In this document: piece after piece, positions 31,230 to 39,241 of the stretch
Numbering within the stretch: position 1 is the first letter of the stretch
Layout: every line of letters begins with the position of its first letter
Assembly: GCA_963700145.1 (NCBI GenBank)
Contig: OY969474.1
Coordinates: forward strand, 1,760,001-1,824,000
DNA length: 64,000 nt
Reading direction: 5' to 3'
Origin: an uncultured Acidobacteriota bacterium
GTDB lineage: Bacteria; Acidobacteriota; Thermoanaerobaculia; Multivoradales; UBA5704
Notes under the pieces: model-generated
What the model saw: the letters and a program-made list of their open reading frames with translations, nothing else
What the model was told of the DNA's origin: nothing
Databases searched by the model: none
Made by a program: the position numbers and the translations under genes

Positions 31230-32260
31230 GCCGCCGCGGCGGCGGCCACCTCGCGCACCCGCTCCAGCGCCTGCTCGACGTCGGCCCGCGAGACGTCGCG
31301 GTGGGTGACGAAGCGGACGGCGTGGGGGCCGACCGGCACGCCGAGGACGCCGCGCTCGCGCAGGCCGGCGAGGAGCGCGGCGGCGGGGCCCGCGACGCGG
31401 AAGATCACGATGTTGGTGCGCACGGCGGCCGGGTCGAGGTCGATCCCCGGCAGCTCGGCGAGACCGCGGGCGAGGAACGCGGCGTTCTCGTGGTCCACGC
31501 CGAGCCGGGCCGGCCCCTTGCGCAGCGCCACGAGGCCCGCCGCCGCCAGCACCCCGACCTGCCGCATCCCGCCGCCGAACATCTTCCGCACCCGCCGCGC
31601 CTCGGCGACGAAGTCGCGCCCGCCGCAGACGAGCGACCCGACCGGCGCCCCCAGCCCCTTCGAGAGGCAGAACATCACCGAGTCGCAACCGGCGGCAAGC
31701 GCCGCGGCGGTCGTGCCGAGCGCGGCGGCGGCGTTGAAGATGCGGGCGCCGTCGAGGTGGACGGGGAGGCGGTGGCGGCGCGCCAGGTCGAGGAGGGCCT
31801 CGACGCGCGGCCGCTCGTAGAGCGTGCCGCCGGCCATGTTGTGGCTGTTCTCGATGGCCACGAGCCCGGTGCGGGCACGGTAGGAGACGTCCGGCGCGAT
31901 CGCCGCCTCGACCGCCGCCGGCTCGAGCAGCCCGTCCGGCGAGGGGAGCATGCGCGGCAGGAGCCCCGAAAGCGCCGCCATCGCCGCCATCTCGTAGGTC
32001 ACGATGTGGCACGCCGCGTCGCAGATCACCTCGCTGCCGGGCGGAGCGTGGAGGTGGAGGGAGATCTGGTTGCCCATCGTGCCGGAGGGGACGAAGAGCG
32101 CGGCCTCGGTCCCCACTGCGGCGGCGGCCTCTTCCTCGAGGACGGCGACAGTCGGGTCCTCGCCGAAGACGTCGTCCCCCACCTCGGCCTCCGCCATCGC
32201 CCGGCGCATCTCGGCGTCGGGGCGGGTGACGGTGTCGGAGCGGAGGTCGATCGGGGGCAC
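31226..32260 (-). CDS. ltaE: Low-specificity L-threonine aldolase
   Basis: [39 protein letters not shown] (PLP Lys); start placed at GTG 32260. Confidence 0.93.
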   Translation of the reverse strand: MPPIDLRSDTVTRPDAEMRRAMAEAEVGDDVFGEDPTVAVLEEEAAAAVGTEAALFVPSGTMGNQISLHLHAPPGSEVICDAACHIVTYEMAAMAALSGLLPRMLPSPDGLLEPAAVEAAIAPDVSYRARTGLVAIENSHNMAGGTLYERPRVEALLDLARRHRLPVHLDGARIFNAAAALGTTAAALAAGCDSVMFCLSKGLGAPVGSLVCGGRDFVAEARRVRKMFGGGMRQVGVLAAAGLVALRKGPARLGVDHENAAFLARGLAELPGIDLDPAAVRTNIVIFRVAGPAAALLAGLRERGVLGVPVGPHAVRFVTHRDVSRADVEQALERVREVAAAAAA

Positions 32261-32301
32261 GACGAGCGATCCTAACGTTGCCAGGGGCGGAGACACCCTC
32301 C

Positions 32302-32360
32302 GGCTGTCATCCCGAGCCCCTGGCTGTCATCCCGAGCGTAGCGAGGGATCTGGGCGGGGG
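32302..32360 (+). repeat. TGTCATCCCGAGC-type REP-like element (partial duplicate plus full copy)
   Basis: GGCTGTCATCCCGAGC occurs twice 20 nt apart; full copy TGTCATCCCGAGCGTAGCGAGGGATCTGGG is nearly identical to the copy at 37363-37399. Confidence 0.8.
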
Positions 32361-33334
32361 GCATTCAGGTACTCCGCCTTCAGGTCGCCGAGCGCCATCC
32401 CTTCCCCGCCCGCCAGCGCCTCCTCCACCACCTGCCGCCCGAGCGCGTCGAGCCACGGCAGCACACCCAGGTTCCCCTCGCGCGCCAGCGCCTCGGCGTC
32501 GCGCTCGCTGCGGTCGAGGTGGCGCGCCGCCGTGTAAAGCGCTTCCCCCTGCCGCTCCGCCCGCCCGAGGCGGAGCCAGAGCTCCGCCGCCAGCGCCAGG
32601 GCGGCGGCGGCGCGGCGGTTGGCGCGCAGGCCGCGCGGCCCGGGCGGCAGCGGCCGCGGCGGGAACGGGTCGAGCCCGTGGCGGGCGGCCACGCGGTCGA
32701 AGGCGCGCTCGGCCGGCGCGGCGCGGTGGAAGAGCGCCTCGTAGACCGCGGCGTCGCGCCCTTCGGCGAGCGCGCGCCGGTCCTGTGGCGCCAGGCGCAC
32801 CGACACCGCCTGCGCGTGGCGCACGCCGGCGGCGGCGAGACGGGCGCAGCCGTCGTCCCAGAGGCGCGGCTCGTCGGTCAGGCCGGGGAGGAGCGGCCAG
32901 ACGGCCACGGCCTGCGGCGGCACGCGGGCGAGCGGCTCGAGGTCGCCGGCGAGGAGCGGTGCCAGGAGATCGGCGGCGAGGAGCACTGCCCCCGCGCCGC
33001 CGAGGTCGGGCGCCGGCTCGCCCGCGACGACCTGCACGAGCAGCGGCGTCCCCTCCGCGGCGCAGCGCCGCGCGAGCCGATCGCGGGCGGCGGCGAAGGC
33101 CGGCGCGGCGGGCGGCAGGTAGAGGAGGTCGTCGAGCCCGCCGCCGTCGAGCGCCAGCTCCGGCGCACTCGACTGCATCGGCGCGAGGTCGCGCCGCGAC
33201 TCCCCGAGCGTGCCGCGCGCGAGGTCGAGCCAAGCGCCGTCCGGCCCCGGCCAGGCGCGCGGCGCGTGGCGGATCCAGAGGCGGCCGGGGTCGGGGAGGC
33301 GCTCCTCCAGCCGCACCCGGAAGGGCGGGATCAC
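32327..33334 (-). CDS. Hypothetical protein: degenerate radical-SAM-like core plus PolX-type helix-hairpin-helix C-terminal domain
   Basis: PLLPGLTDEP...AAAGVR resembles SPL/Rv2578c-like radical SAM proteins but has no CxxxCxxC; NRRAAAAL...AARHL...EGNLGVLPWL resembles HHH_8. Confidence 0.55.
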   Translation of the reverse strand: MIPPFRVRLEERLPDPGRLWIRHAPRAWPGPDGAWLDLARGTLGESRRDLAPMQSSAPELALDGGGLDDLLYLPPAAPAFAAARDRLARRCAAEGTPLLVQVVAGEPAPDLGGAGAVLLAADLLAPLLAGDLEPLARVPPQAVAVWPLLPGLTDEPRLWDDGCARLAAAGVRHAQAVSVRLAPQDRRALAEGRDAAVYEALFHRAAPAERAFDRVAARHGLDPFPPRPLPPGPRGLRANRRAAAALALAAELWLRLGRAERQGEALYTAARHLDRSERDAEALAREGNLGVLPWLDALGRQVVEEALAGGEGMALGDLKAEYLNAPRPDPSLRSG

Positions 33335-33942
33335 GCCGGCAGCCCGCGCGCCGCGAGCGCCTGGTGAACGTACTTGGCGAGCACGTCCACCTCCAGGTTC
33401 ACCCGGTCGCCGGCGCGGAGGCGGTGGAGGGTCGTGACTTCCAGGGTGTGCGGGATGAGCGCCACCTCGAAGCGGTCCGCGGCGAGGACGGAGATCGTCA
33501 GGCTCACCCCGTCGAGCGTCACCGAGCCCTTCTCGACGAGGTATATCGCCAGCGCCGCCGGCAGCTCGAACGCCACGACCGCGTGGTCGCCGAGGTCGCG
33601 CCGCTCGACGACCGCGACGGTGCCGTCCACGTGCCCCTGCACCCAGTGCCCCCCGAGCGGGTCGCCGGCCCGCAGCGCCGGCTCGAGGTTCACCTCGTCA
33701 CCGCGGCGGAGGCTGCCGAGGGTCGTGCGCGCCAGGGTCTCGGGTGAAAGCTCGACCTCGGTGCGCCCAGGTGCGGCAGCGACGACGGTGAGGCAGACGC
33801 CGGAGACGGCGAGGCTGGCGCCGAGGGTCAGCCGCTCGGAGAGCGCGGCACCGTGGCCGATCGCCAAGCGCACGCCTCCTTGCGCCGACGGCAGCGGCTC
33901 CTCCAGCAACCGCCCGCGCTCGACGACCAACCCCGTGAACAT
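33331..33942 (-). CDS. ribE: Riboflavin synthase alpha chain
   Basis: MFTGLV start, GVCLTV, VNLEPAL, GGHWVQGHVD, KGSVTLDGVSLT, VNLEVD. Confidence 0.95.
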   Translation of the reverse strand: MFTGLVVERGRLLEEPLPSAQGGVRLAIGHGAALSERLTLGASLAVSGVCLTVVAAAPGRTEVELSPETLARTTLGSLRRGDEVNLEPALRAGDPLGGHWVQGHVDGTVAVVERRDLGDHAVVAFELPAALAIYLVEKGSVTLDGVSLTISVLAADRFEVALIPHTLEVTTLHRLRAGDRVNLEVDVLAKYVHQALAARGLPA

Positions 33943-33996
33943 GGCCGGCGAGGCTACAGGAAATCCGCTCCGCGCCCTGCTGCTCCTCGGGCTGTC

Positions 33997-34233
33997 CTAT
34001 CCGCGTGCAGGCCGCGTCGAACGCTTGGTCGGGCGCGGAGCCGTCGTCCCCATCCGCTCCGCGACCGCCTCTTGGGTCAGGCCCGCTCGCGAGCGAGCGC
34101 CGAGCAATTCACGCGCGAGGGCGTACTCGTCCTCGAGCTTCTCGTGGGCCTCCTGAAAGCCCTTGCGCTTCCGTGCCTTCTCGAGGAAGGCCTCCTGATC
34201 ATGGGGGACCGGTCGATACTTCAGCTCAGCCAT
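33997..34233 (-). pseudogene. Truncated XRE/HigA-like HTH antitoxin
   Basis: ARSRAGLTQEAVAERMGTT is followed by unrelated sequence where the recognition helix should continue. Confidence 0.7.
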
Positions 34234-34345
34234 CTCGCACCTCTTTCATTCTCTTCCGGGCGATTCGCAGATCACTCTCTGGGGTCGTCCGTGCCTTCTT
34301 CATGAAGGCGTGCAGGATCACCATGCGTTGACCAGATGTGAGAAC
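34226..34345 (-). pseudogene. 3' fragment of a RelE/HigB (Gp49-like) toxin
   Basis: Manual translation VILHAFMKKARTTPESDLRIARKRMKEVRDG-stop overlapping the antitoxin ATG; the N-terminal half is missing. Confidence 0.75.
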
Positions 34346-34371
34346 CAAGGTCAACCAGCAGCGCCAGCCGT

Positions 34372-35058
34372 GTTAGCCGGCCCGCCGCGTGCGGTACGAG
34401 AGCCACCAGTAGTACTGGAGCTCGGTGATTTCAAGATCAGTTCCAGAGGCTGCCGCGGCACTCCTCAGCTCAGCGGCGCTGGGAAAGTTCTTCAGAATCT
34501 CGACCTCGGTCCCGTCAGAGAGCGCGCGAACCTGATACGTGTTGCCTACGGAATCGGTGCGCGAGATGGGAGTACTGCTGCCAGGCACCAAGCGATTATC
34601 GACGAAGACCACCTTCACACCGAGTCCAACTGTGTCGGAGATCGCGGCAAGGAACTCTGGCAACCGCTCATGCGGGACGTGCGACCACCAGAAGCCGGCA
34701 AAGATGGCCGTGAAGCGACCCGCGGCCACGGGCAGGCTGAACGCGTCGGCTACCGCGAAACTCACGGTGCTCGACGGGAAGCTCCTGCCGCGTGCCGCGT
34801 TAGCCATGGAGATGGCGGCGTCGGTCGCGAGAACCGAGTGGGCGACCTTCGCGATCAGTTGGGTCCAGTATGCGGTCCCGCAGGCCAGTTCGAGAACCCG
34901 ATCGCCCACGAAGGCGCTGGCTACGGCTGAGCGGAGCTGCTCGAGGTCCGCCTGCCTCTCAGGCTTGGCGTAGATCGCGTCGTACTCGGGAAGTCGACGG
35001 GCGTAGTAGTCAGGTAAGCTGGGCTGTGGCATTCACGGACGATGCCGCGACGGCTAAC
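34372..35058 (-). mobile_element. Integron-type gene cassette remnant carrying the methyltransferase
   Basis: On the minus strand it begins GTTAGCCG (core-like) and ends CGGCTAAC (inverse-core-like, containing the TAA stop); the two ends are exact reverse complements. Confidence 0.6.
34373..35032 (-). CDS. Class I SAM-dependent methyltransferase
   Basis: VLELACGTAYWT motif I, VADAFSLP, FAGFWWSHVP; more AT-rich codon use than the host genes. Confidence 0.88.
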   Translation of the reverse strand: MPQPSLPDYYARRLPEYDAIYAKPERQADLEQLRSAVASAFVGDRVLELACGTAYWTQLIAKVAHSVLATDAAISMANAARGRSFPSSTVSFAVADAFSLPVAAGRFTAIFAGFWWSHVPHERLPEFLAAISDTVGLGVKVVFVDNRLVPGSSTPISRTDSVGNTYQVRALSDGTEVEILKNFPSAAELRSAAAASGTDLEITELQYYWWLSYRTRRAG

Positions 35059-35091
35059 GGCGTATGAGTTCAGCGGCAACGAGGGTTGGGC
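35052..35091 (-). mobile_element. Degenerate (internally shortened) attC-like site
   Basis: GCCCAAC-CCTCGTTGCCGCTGAACTCATACGCC-GTTAGCC: RYYYAAC left end and GTT core-like right end; at 40 nt it is shorter than functional attC sites. Confidence 0.55.
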
Positions 35092-35130
35092 GTTTGCTCG
35101 CTGCGCTCGGGCTTCATAGTCTTGTCGATC

Positions 35131-36020
35131 TCAAAGCTCTCGGAATGGTACCGACGATTGCCGGACAGCGACATTCCTGTACGCGTGTCTATCGAGGAGG
35201 AGAGTGGCTGCCTTAATGGCTAGTGACTCCATCCGGGAACTTCCGACAATGACCTCCGTTATCGGCAAGACGGGAGGGTCTGTGGTAGCAGCGAGCATGT
35301 CGATGAACGGCAATAGCAGGCCGCCCGCGGCCCGGAAATGGAGCGAGGCAGCGTTGGGCGCGAAGTGAACGATTCGGAACTCGTCTTCTTGCTCGAAGGC
35401 CGAGTCCTTGAAGAAGCAAAGGTCTTGAAGGAGCTTGCGGAGAAGTGTGGCCTCGACCGCAGAGCGGAACGGCTCGTGGTCGGCGCGCCCTTGGAGGAGA
35501 ACTGTGCATGCTCTGTCGATGGCATCCGCGACTCTGCTCCGCTGCCGATCGCGATCGTAGTGAACTGGCCCGTTTGCTGAGGGGTGCGCTATGCGAGCTG
35601 CATTAACCAAAGAGCCGCGGTCAAACCAATGCAGTATCTACCGGATTGCCCTCCGTACCCACGCCATTGACTAAGCCGATCGGGCGTTTGGCAGAAGCAG
35701 GTGAGGTAGAAGTCCGTGGCCTCAAGAGGTGTGGACGCGAGCCTGTCATAGATCCTATTTAGGAATGAACTCTCTTCAGCCTCAACCCTCTCATGAACCA
35801 CCTCGTGAACCAGCTCCCGTCCGTAGGTGATTTCAGAGGTATCGTTGAGGTAACTGTAGTTCGACCCCCAGAGTGTGCCGGATGAGACGATTCCGTAGAG
35901 TCCGCTCGCAGACGTGTAGTGATAGACAGTTTCGGGGAGAAAGTCATCAGGATTGAGAGAGCCGAGACGGAAGAATCCGGCTTCCAGGCTATCGAGCAGG
36001 TTCTGTTCGGCTTCATTCAT
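35131..36020 (-). pseudogene. DUF2971 family protein, frameshifted near 35624
   Basis: N-half has YHYTS, YLNDTSEI, CFC..DRLSQWRGYG; C-half has KDSAFEQEDEFRI. Adding one T (GGTTTGAC to GGTTTTGAC) joins them as CIGFDRG. Confidence 0.8.
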
Positions 36021-36112
36021 GCGAGCCGCTTCCGGTCCCTTGTCCTTGTCGAGGCTGACACCGCGAGTCTCCCCGCCTTGGACCCGGTACCCGTCGCGTA
36101 CAAGCCGTGGGC

Positions 36113-36364
36113 TCATCCCGCGCGCAGTTCCTCGCGAATGACCCTCCTCAGGGTGTCCTCCAAGGGCTCTCGCCTTCGGTCGATGTACTCCCTCAAGGCG
36201 GTGTTGATGAGGCTCTGGTAGTTGCCGCCTCCGGCGGCATGGACCTGGTGCTTGAACCACTCCAGGATGTCGTCGTCGAGGCGGATCGTGATCCGCGTCT
36301 TTCCCTGCGGCACAGGGACCACAGGGCCCCGTTCGGCTTGGCTGAAGTCGTACTCTTTTCTCAT
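36113..36364 (-). CDS. BrnA family antitoxin (intact, 83 aa)
   Basis: MRKEYDFSQAERG...KTRITIRLDDDILEWFK...GGNYQSLINTALREY. Confidence 0.88.
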   Translation of the reverse strand: MRKEYDFSQAERGPVVPVPQGKTRITIRLDDDILEWFKHQVHAAGGGNYQSLINTALREYIDRRREPLEDTLRRVIREELRAG

Positions 36365-36366
36365 CT

Positions 36367-36634
36367 CTACCTCTCGTAGCGGCGCCGTTCCTTGCCGGTT
36401 GCCTTGCGGGCCGAGATCGGGCGGATGCGCTCTCCCCGCCAGGTGTAGATCACGACGAGCAGCCGGCCGTAGGGATCGTTCCCCATCGTGATGAACCGCT
36501 CCTCGGGTCCGGAGCCCGGATCGCGCATCGTCAGGGCAAAGTTCGTCTTCGAACACCTGGACGGCGTCGGCGAAGTCGACGCCGTGCTTGCGGAGATTGG
36601 CGACCGCCTTCTCGCCGTCCCACTCGAACTCCAC
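36367..36634 (-). pseudogene. BrnT family toxin, frameshifted near 36540
   Basis: MEFEWDGEKAVANLRKHGVDFADAVQVFED continues in another frame as ALTMRD...EERFITMG...ISARKATGKERRRYE; one extra T in CTTT. Confidence 0.82.
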
Positions 36635-36699
36635 GCGCTATATCGTATGCACACGCGTGCAGCGCCGTCAACCTGACGAAGTGTCGCCGCCATCGGAAA

Positions 36700-37350
36700 T
36701 TGACCCCGCACGCTGGGAAATTCTCCCCACGACCTGGGGAATCCTCCTCGCGACCTGGGGGATGCTCCCCACGACCCGGGGGATGCTCCCCACGAGCCGG
36801 GGAGCACTCCCCACGAGGCGGGGTGCGCTCCCCATCAGCCGGGGAGTACACCCCGCGAGCCGGGGTGCGTTCCCCACCGGCCGGGGAGCACTCCCCCACG
36901 GCCGGGGAATGCGTCCCATCGGCCGGGGTGCGTTCCCCGTCGTCGGGGGAGCGTTCCCTGCGACGCGGGATGCACTCCCCACGCGGTGGGACGGCTTTCC
37001 CGCGTCTCGGCGAGAGCGCCCGGAGAGCCGGTGCGAACGCCCTGTCACCTCGGGGGGTCGTTTTCGGTGTCTGGATCTCTTCCCCAGGCGCGCCGGAGCT
37101 CGTACGGGGCGTCCGTACTTTCACCCCGCGCATGAGTTCCGACTCCCCGCGTCTCCGGGAGGCTGTACGAGACGCCGGGGAGCCTGTACCGGGTGATCGG
37201 GAGCTTGTACGGACGGCCGGGGAGACTTCCCCGAGCGGCCGGACGGCTGTACTGGGCCTTTCGGAGCTTTTGCAGAGAGACGAGGAGTTTTCCCAGAGCG
37301 GCGGGAATCTCGTACCGAGCAACGGGGAGCTTGTACTGGCGCTCGCCCCT
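36700..37350. repeat. Degenerate 21-bp tandem repeat array (~31 units) with internal CCCC-N7-GGGG palindrome
   Basis: Units such as TGCTCCCCACGACCCGGGGGA, TGCTCCCCACGAGCCGGGGAG and CACTCCCCACGAGGCGGGGTG; the 21-nt register is kept through the diverged second half (CTTGTAC...GGGGAG variants). Confidence 0.88.
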
Positions 37351-37362
37351 CGTCCTGAGGCT

Positions 37363-37399
37363 CCCCCACCCAGATCCCTCGGCTGCGCTCGGGATGACA
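37363..37399 (-). repeat. TGTCATCCCGAGC-type REP-like element, second full copy
   Basis: TGTCATCCCGAGCGCAGCCGAGGGATCTGGGTGGGGG, near-identical to 32325-32360. Confidence 0.8.
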
Positions 37400-37489
37400 T
37401 GGCCCGAGGTTGGCGAGCTGTGCCAGCAGATCGCCGCCGGCGGTTCGCTATGATCGTCTCTAAGGAACAACGATAAGGGACCCCCCCCA

Positions 37490-38584
37490 CTGAGCTTCGT
37501 CGGCACGCTCGAAGAGATCGGCTTTCCGGACCTGCTGCAGGCCCTGGGGTCGGGGCACAAGAGCGGGCGGCTGACGCTCTCCGGGCGGCAGGGGTACGGG
37601 GTCGTCGTGCTGCGCGGCGGGCGGATCGTCTACGCGGCCAGCAACTCGGCGCGGGAGACGCTCGGGAAGCTGCTGGTCGGGCGGCACCTGATCACCGAGG
37701 AGGTGCTCCAGGAGGCGCTCGAGATCCAGCACCGCTTCAAGGAGAAGCGGCGGCTGGGGCAGATCCTCCTAGCGCAGGGCTTCGTCCGCGAGGAGGACCT
37801 GGCCGACGTGCTGCGCCAGCAGGTCGAGGCGGTGCTCTCGGAGCTGCTGGGCTGGAAGGAGGGCTTTTTCAAGTTCGAGCCGCTGGACGTGCCGGCGCAC
37901 ACCGCGGGGGAGCCGGAGGTCGACATCACGGACTTCCTACTGCACGAGGGGGCGTCGGCCGACGCGCTGATGCTGGAGGCGGCGCGGCTCCTCGACGAGG
38001 CGTCCCGCCCCGCGCGCCGCGCCAGCCCGGCGGCCCACCAGCTCGCCACCCTCAAGGCGATCCTCGCCGGCCTGCGCGCGCCGGCGGTCACCAACGAGGT
38101 GAGCCAGCAGCTGCTGGCGCTGGCGCGCGGCGTCTTCGGCCGCGCGGTGCTCTTCGCCGTCCGCGCCGACGGCTTCCGCGGGCTCGGGCAGACCGGCCTG
38201 GCGACGACGCACGACGGCGACCCGGACGACGCGGTCCGCTTCCTGCTGCTGCCCTGGGAGCAGTCCGTCCTCACCCAGGTCGCCGAGCGCCAGGAGACGT
38301 TCCGCGGCCGGCTGGAGCGCAACGCCGGCAACCAGGCGCTCCTCGCCGCGCTCGGCGGCGGCGAGCCGGGGGAGGCGGTGGCGCTGCCGCTCCTCGTCGG
38401 CGGCTCGACGGCCCTCCTCGTCTACGGCGACGACCTGCCGCACCGGCGGCCGATCGGCGACCTGGACGGCCTCGAGCTGCTGGCGTTGCAGGTGGGGCTG
38501 GCGCTCGAGAAGAACCTGCTGGAGCTGAAGCTGCGGGCGCTGGAGGCGAAGCTCGACCTGCCAGCCGCGGCGGGCGAGCTCTAG
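37490..38584 (+). CDS. DUF4388 (PatA-N-like) protein with MshEN-like segment and C-terminal GAF-like domain
   Basis: The frame extends upstream of the track start as (CTG)SFVGTLEEIGFPDLLQAL...KSGRLTL; RLGQILLAQGFV; LLGWKEGFFKF; VALPLLVGG..ALLVYGD. Confidence 0.8.
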   Translation: MSFVGTLEEIGFPDLLQALGSGHKSGRLTLSGRQGYGVVVLRGGRIVYAASNSARETLGKLLVGRHLITEEVLQEALEIQHRFKEKRRLGQILLAQGFVREEDLADVLRQQVEAVLSELLGWKEGFFKFEPLDVPAHTAGEPEVDITDFLLHEGASADALMLEAARLLDEASRPARRASPAAHQLATLKAILAGLRAPAVTNEVSQQLLALARGVFGRAVLFAVRADGFRGLGQTGLATTHDGDPDDAVRFLLLPWEQSVLTQVAERQETFRGRLERNAGNQALLAALGGGEPGEAVALPLLVGGSTALLVYGDDLPHRRPIGDLDGLELLALQVGLALEKNLLELKLRALEAKLDLPAAAGEL

Positions 38585-38620
38585 ATCCGCACCCACGCTG
38601 TGTGATTTAATCTTACAGCC

Positions 38621-38839
38621 ATGCGAGAGACACTGACCGTCAGTCTGCCGGGTAAGACGAAGCAGCTCATCGAGCGGGCGGCGAGCGAGAGCGGGTTGAC
38701 CACCAGTGAGTACGTGCGCCTGGCCATCTTCCGCAAGCTGTGGCAGGACGCCACCGCGGAATCGCGTCGTAACGCCGTGCCGAACGCCCGCCGCAAAGGA
38801 GTCTTCACGGACGAGGACGTCTTCCGTCTCATTTCGTGA
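38621..38839 (+). CDS. CopG/ribbon-helix-helix antitoxin
   Basis: ETLTVSLP...SEYVRLAI; GTGA overlap with the PIN gene. Confidence 0.82.
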   Translation: MRETLTVSLPGKTKQLIERAASESGLTTSEYVRLAIFRKLWQDATAESRRNAVPNARRKGVFTDEDVFRLIS

Positions 38840-39228
38840 GGGTCGTCTTCGACACCAACGTGGTCGTGGCGGGTCTCGTCGCCGAGGGGCTTTGCCGGGA
38901 GATCGTCGAAATCCACCTGCCGCAGCACACCGCGCTCCTGTCGCCCTGGCTCTGGGAGGAGCTGGTGACGAAGCTGCGCGAGAAGTTCGACCTCGGGCTC
39001 GACGAGCTGCCACTGCTCCACATCTATCGACGACACGCCCTCTGGATCGAAGCGGCAGCGCTCGAACAACCTGCCTGCCGAGACCCCGACGACGATTGGG
39101 TCATCGCCACCGCCGTTGCCGGCGAGGCGGAGGTCATCGTCACGGGCGACGGGGACCTGCTCGACCTGCGCAGCTACCGAGGGATCGCCATCCTCACCCC
39201 GCGGGCCTTCCTCGAACGCCTCTCGTGA
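38836..39228 (+). CDS. PIN-domain toxin (PIN_3 type)
   Basis: MRVVFDTNV, CRDPDDDWVIATA, IVTGDGDLL. Confidence 0.9.
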   Translation: MRVVFDTNVVVAGLVAEGLCREIVEIHLPQHTALLSPWLWEELVTKLREKFDLGLDELPLLHIYRRHALWIEAAALEQPACRDPDDDWVIATAVAGEAEVIVTGDGDLLDLRSYRGIAILTPRAFLERLS

Positions 39229-39241
39229 GTAGCCGACCCCT

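Noticed and set aside
36113-36634. Natural BrnT-BrnA fusion protein (173 aa ORF)
   Set aside because: The middle part is out-of-frame toxin sequence; better explained by a one-base insertion in brnT.
33945-36650. Complete integron or prophage/IS
   Set aside because: No tyrosine recombinase, transposase or phage gene is visible in the window; the attC-like sites are truncated.
36700-37350. CRISPR array
   Set aside because: Units abut with no unique spacers, are degenerate, and no cas genes are present; only the hairpin resembles type I-E repeats.
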